Sequence record: LC739536.1
Origin: Escherichia phage phiWec187
Direction: 5' to 3' (one strand)
Length of the DNA stretch: 64,000 nucleotides
Below, piece by piece: positions 55,592-64,000 of this stretch. The translations under genes and the position numbers were made by a program. Under the pieces are notes generated by a model. The model was given only the letters and a program-made list of their open reading frames with translations, made no database searches and was not told the origin of the DNA. Positions within the stretch are counted from its first letter, which is position 1. The number at the start of each line of letters is the position of its first letter.

Positions 55592-58005
55592 TGGCGAATT
55601 TTCCAACATATCCTGCTACGACACTAGAACAAGGTGTTGATCTGGTTATATTCTCGTCTAACCAGATGCATGATGTTATTAATGGGGATGCTACAGCAAC
55701 TGTAGAAACCGAAACAGGTTTAATACCTACACTGCGTAAAGCACTTGTTGATAACTTCTTCTTTAAGAGTCCTGTTGCTTGGTCAGCAGGATCAACTGAA
55801 ACTGTATTTAACCAGTTACGTTATTTTGAAAACGGTATCTTGAGTGGGTACTATTATGCCCCATCTGCCACTACTGCGAACCCTGTACCTATGCAGGGCA
55901 CACCTGTAGGGGACAGTAACTGGACTCTGTACGCTCTTAAAACTGAACAGTTAGCTTCAGATGTGTATCCTTGGTATTTTAAAGGTGCTACAGGATATGA
56001 AACAGAAATCAGTCCTCCTTATATCTTTGATAATGCTATTGTCACCATTAACGGTGTAATTCAGATTCAAGGTGAAGCATTTACTATCAAAGATAGTAAA
56101 ATTATTCTGGCAGAACCATTAGGTTTAGATCCGTCTACTGGTCTACCTAACAAATTGTTTGCTTTTATTGGTAAAACAACAGCTTCTACTTCTTACGTAG
56201 AGAAAAACCTTTTGTCATCTACTACTGGTGCAGCAATGGTTGGTCTTCCATCTGGAGGCAACCTGTTACAAGCTCAATACTTTGTAACGCCTGAGCAGTT
56301 TGGTGCAATTGGTGATGGAGTTACCGATGATACTCAAGCAATTTTAAAAACTATCACTTTCGCTAACACGAATAACATTCAAGTACGTGCAGATAAGAAT
56401 TATAGATTCACAAGCTCAATTGCTATGTCTGGTATTCGTTGGTATGGTGGTACATTCACTGGTAACGGTGGAACAATGATTTCTACTGTGTCCTGTTGGA
56501 TGGAAAACGTTCGCTTTGAAAAATGTTATGTTAAGATGTTAGGTGGTGATTGCCGATTCTATCGTAATATCTTCTCCAACGCAACATCTACAGCAGCATT
56601 CTTAATGCAAGCAATGACAAGTGAAGGTACGTTGGACTTCAGTTACAACGAAATGTATGGTTGTAAATATGCGATCCTGCAACAAGGTACTGGAGAAGTA
56701 ATGACCTACGGGCGTTACTCTAACAACTATATTCACGATATCAAAGGTGATGCTATTGAACTTAACGTAGTTCAAAAACACTACACTGAAGGTTTGATTA
56801 TCGAGAATAACCACATTGCTAACGTAGATGCTTCTGGACAAGGTGCAAACTGGGGTATTGGTATTGGTGTAGCAGGTAGTGGCCCATATGGTGTTGATGT
56901 TCCTGATTCACAATATGTACGTAATTTCAGTATCGTTGGGAATAGGGTTTACAATTGCCGTCAATGTTTACACGTTGAAATGGGTAAAAACTTCACAATA
57001 CGTGATAATGAAGTTTATCCTAACACAGCAGTTTCAACAGGTACAGGTTTAACTACTTGTGGTGTTGCATTATACGGATGCCAAGATTTTGAAGTTGATG
57101 GTTTAACTGGTTATCTGCTCAATGATCCGTCTGTTTCAACACGTATGGTCTTTATTGACTGGGGTGTTAACAGTGGAAGATATGCGGGGCCACCAATTAA
57201 CTTTACAATTAAGAATTTGGATATTCCAGAATCTTCAATTGAGATTGCAACATCTGGATCAGATGCCTGGGAAAACTCTACAATTGTTAGTAATATCAAT
57301 TGTAATATTTTTAAATGGCGTGGGCTACCATCTAGCTCTACCTTTAATAATATTCGTTGCCGTAGTATTGACTTTATTGGTCAACACGGAAGCGGAGAAG
57401 GAAGTGGTGGCGGTTTCTATACTCGCAGCCAATTCACGTATATGAAGTGGGTAGGATGTACAGCACTTAGCGGAGATGAAACAACAGTTTCTTTTGCTAA
57501 AATCTACACTGATCGTTGCGATCAGGTTGGAAATAACTTTGGTGTTCCAACTGCTGTTGATGGTACAGGTCATCGTGGGCCAGTTTTAACTACTATTTCT
57601 GAACAATATTTTACAGCTTATGATGAATTCCCAGGTGGGCGTGAATTCCCTACTGGAACAGTTATTCATTGTGCAAGCGGTAAAAAACATGTTGTTACAG
57701 TAGGTGGTGCTTTCTTTAGTGACAACGAGAAAATAAAAGCAACTGTTACAGGTCAAACCTATCTACAGTCTAATGCTTTAAACTGGGCTAGTAATGGCTA
57801 CGCTAAAGCAGCAGGTACTAAGATTGTTATTCCAGGTGCAGGTGCAAATGGCGGCGATCTTGTGACAACTATAGCACGTGCTACATATGTGACAAATAGT
57901 TTGTACACAATAGATATTGCAGATCCAATTGTAACACCTACAGCAGAGAATACACAAATTAAAGCTCTGAATCCTGTTACTTTTGTTACTGTCAATAATG
58001 CTTAA
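55591..58005 (+). CDS. tailspike with pectate-lyase-like beta-helix domain
   Basis: FGAIGDGVTDDTQAILKTI is the signature of right-handed beta-helix glycanases in tailspikes. Confidence 0.55.
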   Translation: MANFPTYPATTLEQGVDLVIFSSNQMHDVINGDATATVETETGLIPTLRKALVDNFFFKSPVAWSAGSTETVFNQLRYFENGILSGYYYAPSATTANPVPMQGTPVGDSNWTLYALKTEQLASDVYPWYFKGATGYETEISPPYIFDNAIVTINGVIQIQGEAFTIKDSKIILAEPLGLDPSTGLPNKLFAFIGKTTASTSYVEKNLLSSTTGAAMVGLPSGGNLLQAQYFVTPEQFGAIGDGVTDDTQAILKTITFANTNNIQVRADKNYRFTSSIAMSGIRWYGGTFTGNGGTMISTVSCWMENVRFEKCYVKMLGGDCRFYRNIFSNATSTAAFLMQAMTSEGTLDFSYNEMYGCKYAILQQGTGEVMTYGRYSNNYIHDIKGDAIELNVVQKHYTEGLIIENNHIANVDASGQGANWGIGIGVAGSGPYGVDVPDSQYVRNFSIVGNRVYNCRQCLHVEMGKNFTIRDNEVYPNTAVSTGTGLTTCGVALYGCQDFEVDGLTGYLLNDPSVSTRMVFIDWGVNSGRYAGPPINFTIKNLDIPESSIEIATSGSDAWENSTIVSNINCNIFKWRGLPSSSTFNNIRCRSIDFIGQHGSGEGSGGGFYTRSQFTYMKWVGCTALSGDETTVSFAKIYTDRCDQVGNNFGVPTAVDGTGHRGPVLTTISEQYFTAYDEFPGGREFPTGTVIHCASGKKHVVTVGGAFFSDNEKIKATVTGQTYLQSNALNWASNGYAKAAGTKIVIPGAGANGGDLVTTIARATYVTNSLYTIDIADPIVTPTAENTQIKALNPVTFVTVNNA

Positions 58006-58008
58006 TTA

Positions 58009-58032
58009 AAAAGGGGCGAAAGCCCCTTTATA
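58009..58032 (+). terminator. hairpin terminator after tailspike gene
   Basis: AAAAAGGGGCGAAAGCCCCTTTAT; same sequence as the 8881-8900 hairpin on the opposite strand. Confidence 0.45.
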
Positions 58033-58046
58033 AAAGGAGTAGTAAA

Positions 58047-60008
58047 GTGATTTTAACACGTCCAAATAGTGCCATTGCAGACATGGTAGAGTCTCGCTAT
58101 AGAAAGCGTAGAAGTTTTGCAAGTGGTTTTACCTTAAGAGATGCTCGTGAAGCATTGCTCTTTGAAACTGACGGTAACTACTATCAGTGGAAAGGTTCTC
58201 TACCTAAAGTTGTACCTGCTAACTCTACTCCTACATCTACTGGAGGGATTTCAGATACAGCTTGGAAAAATGTGGGTAATGCAGATGACATTGCTCAAAT
58301 AGAATCAGAATTAGATGCTATTGAAGCTGAAATTGAAGATCTTAGAGAATCCATTCCAGAGGCTGGTAAATCAGCTTACCAGATTGCCGTAGACAATGGT
58401 TTCCAAGGTACTGAGACAGAGTGGTTGGCTTCTTTAAAAGGTGATCCAGGTGCTCCATTAAAGCTACTAGGGACGCTATCTAATACCAACCAATTACCTA
58501 CAACTGGAAACAATGCAGGGGATGCATGGATTGTAGGCGAGAATATGTATGCTTGGGATGGTACTGCTTGGAGAAAAGTAAACTCACAGGGGCCAGAAGG
58601 TAAATCTGCTTATGAAGTATGGCTTGCAGCAGGAAACGAAGGTACAGAACTAGATTATCTTGCCGCAATTAAAGGTGATAAAGGGGAGCCTGGCCCAGAG
58701 GGGCCACAAGGTGTGCCAGGTAATAATGCTAATGGTTTTGATTACCAAGGCGCAGCTAATTCCGTTTCAGATCTTCCTTCTGCATCTCCTGGAAACACAT
58801 CTCAAGCATGGAGTATTGGTACATATCTATACGTGTCAAACGGTGTAGAATGGATCAATATGGGCGCTATAGTGGGGCCAAAAGGAGATAAAGGCGACAA
58901 AGGAGATAAGGGTAACACTGGTGATTCAGCTTATCAAGTCTGGTTAAATGCTGGTAACGTTGGTACTATTGACGAATATATTGCCTCTCTGAAAGGAGAA
59001 AAAGGTGATAAGGGAGACAAGGGTGATCAAGGTGAACAGGGTATACAAGGCTTGACGGGGCCAACTGGTGCAGGGTTGACCATTATTGACATTCTGACTA
59101 GCACTTCTGAACTACCACAAACTGGAGAAGATGGCGATGGTTATCTGATCAATAATGAACTTTGGGTCTGGTTGCAAGGAGCCACAGAGTGGACAAATGT
59201 TGGTCGTTTAGCTGGTACTCCAATCACTGCAAAAGGACACGTTGCGTCTGCAAGTGCACTTCCTCCTACAGCCAATTACGGTGATGCTTATCTGACGGAA
59301 GATACAGGTCATCTTTACATTTACACCTATGATGAACAAACTCAAACTGCTGAATATGTAGATATGGGTAGTTTGAAAGGTGATAAGGGTGAAAAAGGTG
59401 ACGCTGGTACTAACGGTACAGACGGTGCAACTTGGATTGTTAAAACAACAGATCCAATCTCTAGTGATGGTAAACAAGGTGATTATGCCTTTAATATCTC
59501 CACTGGCGAGGTGTTCTTAAAAACATCTGCAACTATCTGGACTTCTCAAGGTACACTACCTAGTATCACAGATGCACCTAGTGATGGTAAGACTTATGCT
59601 CGTAAAGATGGAGCATGGGAAGAACTCACTAATTCTGTAGATGGTCAAGATATAGTTCCAACAAAAGTAACAACTAATTTTATAGAGGTTACAGCATATA
59701 CTAACAATTCTGTTACAGGGGACTGGACACCTCCAGGAACACATAACATGAATGTGTTGAATCTTACTGGTAACTCTACTATAAAAGCATGGCCTGGTGT
59801 CGAAGATAGCACAAAACCTAAACCATTCTCTGCAATAGTTTATCTTATCCAAGATGCCACTGGAGGTCGTACTGTTACTTTAGATCCATCTTACAAAGTA
59901 ATTGGTTCCAGTGATATTAATACAGATCCTAACGGAGTAACAATACTACAACTAACATATTGTGGTGTTGGCGATTACGTGGATGCTATTGTTGCTAAAC
60001 GCACATAA
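58047..60008 (+). CDS. tail fibre with collagen-like and fibre-repeat modules
   Basis: Gly-X-Y runs (GDKGDKGDKGNTG, GEKGDKGDKGDQGEQG) alternate with three repeats of a GKSAYQ...WL...LKGD module. Confidence 0.55.
   Translation: MILTRPNSAIADMVESRYRKRRSFASGFTLRDAREALLFETDGNYYQWKGSLPKVVPANSTPTSTGGISDTAWKNVGNADDIAQIESELDAIEAEIEDLRESIPEAGKSAYQIAVDNGFQGTETEWLASLKGDPGAPLKLLGTLSNTNQLPTTGNNAGDAWIVGENMYAWDGTAWRKVNSQGPEGKSAYEVWLAAGNEGTELDYLAAIKGDKGEPGPEGPQGVPGNNANGFDYQGAANSVSDLPSASPGNTSQAWSIGTYLYVSNGVEWINMGAIVGPKGDKGDKGDKGNTGDSAYQVWLNAGNVGTIDEYIASLKGEKGDKGDKGDQGEQGIQGLTGPTGAGLTIIDILTSTSELPQTGEDGDGYLINNELWVWLQGATEWTNVGRLAGTPITAKGHVASASALPPTANYGDAYLTEDTGHLYIYTYDEQTQTAEYVDMGSLKGDKGEKGDAGTNGTDGATWIVKTTDPISSDGKQGDYAFNISTGEVFLKTSATIWTSQGTLPSITDAPSDGKTYARKDGAWEELTNSVDGQDIVPTKVTTNFIEVTAYTNNSVTGDWTPPGTHNMNVLNLTGNSTIKAWPGVEDSTKPKPFSAIVYLIQDATGGRTVTLDPSYKVIGSSDINTDPNGVTILQLTYCGVGDYVDAIVAKRT
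58880..59420 (+). repeat. collagen-like Gly-X-Y coding repeats
   Basis: Reiterated AAAGG(A/T)GA(T/A)AAGGG units at about 58881, 58990 and 59377. Confidence 0.5.
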
Positions 60009-60009
60009 T

Positions 60010-60035
60010 CAAAGCCCCTTCTGGGGCTTATTATT
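60010..60035 (+). terminator. hairpin terminator after collagen-like fibre gene
   Basis: AGCCCC-TTCT-GGGGCT then TATTATTT. Confidence 0.45.
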
Positions 60036-60047
60036 TAAGGAGATTAA

Positions 60048-62867
60048 ATGTATCCTATTCCTTTATTTATGTCAACAACATCAGCTTCAGTAGTAACAGC
60101 TACATCTATAACTACTTCCTCTATTGGTATTGCAATAGTTGGTGGTAAAAAACAACTGACATACACAGTTACACCGGAAGATGGTGCATTATTTGATATA
60201 GCTTTTTCATCTTCAGATAATACCAAAATGGTTATAGATAATAGTGGTATGATGGAGTTTGTTGCCGAAGGTGGTTTTGATGCAATAATGACAGCTAAAA
60301 ATAATTTAGGTGCTGTCTTAACTGATCAATCTGGTGGTTATGCTTCAGAATTAAGTGTGTACACTGAAAGTCTATCGGCTATGGATGTAGGCACTACTCA
60401 ACAGTTGGTTGCTACAATCAGTCCAGAAGGTGCTAAAGACCTTCCAGATATGGTAATTACATACACCACAACAGATCCAGAAGTAGCTACTGTAAGCCCT
60501 ACAGGGTTAATAACTGCTCTTAAAGATGGCGGTTGCCGTATAGGTTGTACTGCAACGTATCAAGGAACAGTTGTGGCCTCTGATAGGTCTTATTTAGGTG
60601 TTAATGCTATTCCTGTTATTTCTAATGTAACAGCCGTGGCAAACAGTTATGGAGACGTTCGTGTTGCTTGGGATGTAACTGATCCGCTAGACGGTGATAC
60701 TTATACTGTAGAAGTATTAGATTTAAGTAATAATAGTGTTCAGTGGACTACAACAACCACGAATACTTACGCTTACTTTGATATCTCTGACTCTATTCCT
60801 CTTTATGGGTTTGCTCCAACATACCTTAAAATTAGCGTTAAGAGCACCAAAGCAGCAGCCGTTATCTTTAATAACTCAATAGCTACAGATGATTCGTTCA
60901 TTAAAGAAGTTATTGTCTTTGCTGGACAAGATAACGTAAATGCACACTTTACAGAACTATCTGGTGCAAATAAAGCAGCAATGAGTAGCACAACAGCCCG
61001 TAATGCATATGCCACGCAACGTGGTTTAGCAAATGCTGAAGTTCTTCCGTTAAATACAGCTTCTGGATCATCAGCAGCAGATAAATATGCAGATGATAAA
61101 GCCGGAACAGGAACACCAGACAACTACTGGTATGATCTGGATAACACAGCAGATGGGCCATGCTTAACTAACTTTATCACTAAAGTCACACCTTATGCAA
61201 GTAAGGTTAAAGCCATTATTTGGGGACAAGGTGAAAATGATGCTGTATCAGCATCTTCGACTGTTGCAGGTAGGTACAGTAACACTACACGTTACCATGA
61301 TGCTACGATAGCCATCTTTGATAAGATGCGTACAATAGTTCCTGCTTCTCAAGCAAAAATTGTTTGGCAGATCCTAGGACGTTCTTATTTATATGGTGTA
61401 GAAGTTAATGGTGTGGATTGGCAGAAGTACAGAAATGTACAAAGAACCATCTCTACAGCACGTGATGATGTTATCATTGGTTCTTGGGTAGATGGTGCTG
61501 AACGTTACAGTGGTTATGTTTATGAAGAAGGTATTGATGGTCGTATCCATTATATTTCTTCTGTATACCAAACAGCAGCTACAAAACTTGCTAAATCAGC
61601 AGCAGACGGTACAGACTTAACATCAACGTCACCTGTTTGGGTTGATATGGCTGTTCCAACTGGAGCAACAGCTACTTCCCAATCTAATCAAGATACAATT
61701 TTAGCATGGGATGCTCAAGGCTATAGTAAACACTACTTCCGTAATATTAACGTCTTAACCGCATCTGTATTAACTGAACAAACGCTTAATACGAACAGTT
61801 ATACGTTTACCTATGCAGATCAAGTAGCACAATATGGCTTTGCAGCAGGAACTACTATATTTGATGTTGCATATTATGACGAAGCAAATGATGTGTTATC
61901 TCCTTTAGTACGTTTTAATGTTAACGTTACAGCAGGAACCGTAGAAGATAAACCTGTAGTGATGGATTATGATTTAACACAAGAAACTCTTCCATCAGAT
62001 GTTAAGGTTAATGGTGGGAACTCTTTTGCTCGTACTTCTGGAGATACACTTGTAGCCACTAACACCTTGGTTGCTCCGTTGGAGTATATTGGTACTACCC
62101 CTGTAGGTAGACGTGTAACAGCTAACACAGCTACACAAATTTTTGTCAACAACGCCTTAACAAGTGCAAGCCCGTGGGTAAAGACCAACTTAACTGTTGC
62201 AGCTTCATCTGATAACTCTCCGGTTGGAACTACTGCTAATGTATTCAAATTAACTCCGACTACAACCTCTGGTAGTCATATCTTAACTGCAACATATACT
62301 AACGCGTACAACATATCTGCCGGACGTAACTGGTCTGCCTCTGTTTTCTTGAAAGCGAACGGGATTACTAAGGCCAAACTAAGATTAAAAGCAGGAACTG
62401 AAGTTAATGAGGGTACTTTTGATTTAGCAGCAGGTACATTCACAGGAAGTGAAGCTAATATTATATCTATGGGCAACGGTTGGTATCGTGCTATTCTGCA
62501 TAAAACAGGGATAGCCAAACAGTCCTCCATAAGTTTTGAAATAATTGCCTTGGATGCAACTGGTGCGGAGATTTTCGCTGGAGATGGTACTAGTAACCTT
62601 GCAGTTTGGTTGCCACAGCTTGAAGGTGCTTCTACAGGAGAAACATCAAAAGCTGGATCGCCTTATGTCTGCACATATCCTGGAAATTTAGGAGGAGTAT
62701 CCTTCACTATACCAAGGAACGGACATACTGGTGTGGATGTTTACTATTCCAACGGAGACGTTGTTCGTGACGTATTCTCTGGTACGGCATCTACTTGGAC
62801 AATAAACTACTCCAGCTTGTACGATTGGGGATCAGTCTTTATTACAGGTTTGAAATATTACGACTAA
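60048..62867 (+). CDS. tail fibre / receptor-binding protein with Ig-like domains
   Basis: 939 aa; two Big_2-like segments in N-terminal third; Thr/Ser-rich; terminator downstream. Confidence 0.5.
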   Translation: MYPIPLFMSTTSASVVTATSITTSSIGIAIVGGKKQLTYTVTPEDGALFDIAFSSSDNTKMVIDNSGMMEFVAEGGFDAIMTAKNNLGAVLTDQSGGYASELSVYTESLSAMDVGTTQQLVATISPEGAKDLPDMVITYTTTDPEVATVSPTGLITALKDGGCRIGCTATYQGTVVASDRSYLGVNAIPVISNVTAVANSYGDVRVAWDVTDPLDGDTYTVEVLDLSNNSVQWTTTTTNTYAYFDISDSIPLYGFAPTYLKISVKSTKAAAVIFNNSIATDDSFIKEVIVFAGQDNVNAHFTELSGANKAAMSSTTARNAYATQRGLANAEVLPLNTASGSSAADKYADDKAGTGTPDNYWYDLDNTADGPCLTNFITKVTPYASKVKAIIWGQGENDAVSASSTVAGRYSNTTRYHDATIAIFDKMRTIVPASQAKIVWQILGRSYLYGVEVNGVDWQKYRNVQRTISTARDDVIIGSWVDGAERYSGYVYEEGIDGRIHYISSVYQTAATKLAKSAADGTDLTSTSPVWVDMAVPTGATATSQSNQDTILAWDAQGYSKHYFRNINVLTASVLTEQTLNTNSYTFTYADQVAQYGFAAGTTIFDVAYYDEANDVLSPLVRFNVNVTAGTVEDKPVVMDYDLTQETLPSDVKVNGGNSFARTSGDTLVATNTLVAPLEYIGTTPVGRRVTANTATQIFVNNALTSASPWVKTNLTVAASSDNSPVGTTANVFKLTPTTTSGSHILTATYTNAYNISAGRNWSASVFLKANGITKAKLRLKAGTEVNEGTFDLAAGTFTGSEANIISMGNGWYRAILHKTGIAKQSSISFEIIALDATGAEIFAGDGTSNLAVWLPQLEGASTGETSKAGSPYVCTYPGNLGGVSFTIPRNGHTGVDVYYSNGDVVRDVFSGTASTWTINYSSLYDWGSVFITGLKYYD

Positions 62868-62869
62868 TA

Positions 62870-62900
62870 AAAAAGGAGCCATTAGGCTCCTTTTCTTTTA
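62870..62900 (+). terminator. bidirectional terminator between convergent genes
   Basis: GGAGCC-ATTA-GGCTCC flanked by A-run and TTTTCTTTT. Confidence 0.55.
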
Positions 62901-62902
62901 TC

Positions 62903-63334
62903 TTAATCAGTGAAAATTACGCTCACATCTTCTTTAGAGAAGAGTTTATGATCTTCACCTTTTGTCTCAAGAGTTTCATACAGGTTAAGAAGTTCTGAAA
63001 CATCTTTCTCTACCAGTTTCTTCAATGTTGCAATTTTCTGTTTGCGATTCTTAATACGTTCAGCTACAACCTTACGTTGGTATCCGGCAGTACGATAACC
63101 TGAGAAAGTTACACCAGTAAGACTTGCAGTTACAGGATCGTAGTGACGTTCAATCTGAAATTTATTAAAAGGTACAGCGTCATCACGAATAATCTTACCG
63201 CCATTACTTACTTGACGAAGACCAGTAACTTGCTCAAGTCGTGCCATAGAAATCTTTGGAGACAGACCAGAATCCAGGTTCATACCGTTGTTAATCAGTG
63301 CTTTCAGGGTGATTTTGCTGTTCAGTGTACTCAT
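62903..63334 (-). CDS. hypothetical protein
   Basis: 143 aa; GGAGGA RBS 8 nt before ATG at 63334. Confidence 0.45.
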   Translation of the reverse strand: MSTLNSKITLKALINNGMNLDSGLSPKISMARLEQVTGLRQVSNGGKIIRDDAVPFNKFQIERHYDPVTASLTGVTFSGYRTAGYQRKVVAERIKNRKQKIATLKKLVEKDVSELLNLYETLETKGEDHKLFSKEDVSVIFTD

Positions 63335-64000
63335 TTAGTCGTTCCTCCGCTTGCTTAAAAATATTTACATCGGCTTCACAGCCTAAGTATTCTCTACCTG
63401 TTAAAAGTGCCGCAACTTGTGTTGTTGCACTTCCAGAGAAGAAGTCTAAGACTACATCTCCTTCGTTGGTGTGTATATTAATAAGGTCACAAAACAAAGT
63501 CAAGTGTTTTTGTGTTGGATGAAAACGATCTGCTCCTTGATAGATAGGATACTCGAACACACCCTTATGGTAGGAAGCATTGAAGGTTGGCTTCGAACCT
63601 TTAACACAAACAATAGCCATCTCTTTAGCGTTACTAAGGTAGTTAACACCACTGTTGATGGGTACAGGGTTTGTTTTAATCCATTCAATAGTACGGAACA
63701 TACGAAAACCAAGCGGTTCAAGGATTTCACGTAGCTCCTGGATCTTCCAGATATCATACCAAACTATACAAGTACCACCTTTTCTAAGCACCCTGTAGGC
63801 TTCTTTGAATACTTCTTTAAAGTAAGGAATATCTACAACATCCCAATCACCAAAGTTGTAAGATACACGGAATCTATCCGTATCTTTTCCAGTCGGCTCT
63901 CCAGATTGAAAATTTGTGTCACGAGAAATAGCATATGGTGGGTCAGTAAGAATCAAATCTACACTATTGCTTTCGAGGGTTTGCAGGTAGTTTAACGCGG
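63291..64000 (-). CDS. DNA amino-methyltransferase (DPPY motif), 5' end beyond window
   Basis: Motif IV DPPY near N-terminus and motif I LDFFSGSATT; frame stays open upstream of the track start to position 64000. Confidence 0.75.
   Translation of the reverse strand, partial: ALNYLQTLESNSVDLILTDPPYAISRDTNFQSGEPTGKDTDRFRVSYNFGDWDVVDIPYFKEVFKEAYRVLRKGGTCIVWYDIWKIQELREILEPLGFRMFRTIEWIKTNPVPINSGVNYLSNAKEMAIVCVKGSKPTFNASYHKGVFEYPIYQGADRFHPTQKHLTLFCDLINIHTNEGDVVLDFFSGSATTQVAALLTGREYLGCEADVNIFKQAEERLNEYTEQQNHPESTD

Noticed and set aside
58880-59420. Short tandem DNA repeats considered as a CRISPR-like or satellite array
   Set aside because: Units are in-frame Gly-X-Y codons inside a fibre gene; no spacer-repeat architecture.
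1-64000. Temperate-phage or integrative-element signatures (integrase, repressor, att sites)
   Set aside because: None recognised; gene content is that of a virulent phage.

Overview
This window reads as a segment of a virulent, AT-rich tailed phage genome of enterobacterial type; the gene content (class Ia ribonucleotide reductase, thymidine kinase, Prs-like plus NadV-like pair, large tRNA cluster, contractile-tail module) resembles Felix-O1-like myoviruses, but that assignment is inference from memory, not a database match. Positions 1-19638 are a minus-strand block of nucleotide-metabolism and nucleic-acid repair genes (nrdA/nrdB, ThyX-like, HAD nucleotidase, tdk, HNH endonuclease, two exonucleases, two ligase-like enzymes, a polynucleotide-kinase-like P-loop protein, a metallophosphoesterase). 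A divergent promoter region (19639-20047) separates it from a plus-strand block: Prs-like and NadV-like NAD+ genes, about 18 tRNA genes (23535-26453) with their own sigma70-like promoters, an overlapping Rz/Rz1-type spanin pair, a large terminase interrupted by a mini-intein in its P-loop, portal, scaffold, decoration and major capsid genes, sheath/tube, a chaperone with a -1 frameshift site, tape measure, baseplate genes and three large fibre/tailspike genes. The window ends with a minus-strand DPPY DNA methyltransferase that runs off the end. The most interesting candidates are the NAD+ module (20048-22746), a three-gene RNA-repair cassette (15263-17153) next to the tRNA set, and the terminase intein. 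All calls come from reading the supplied ORF translations and the DNA by eye; no searches or folding programs were run.
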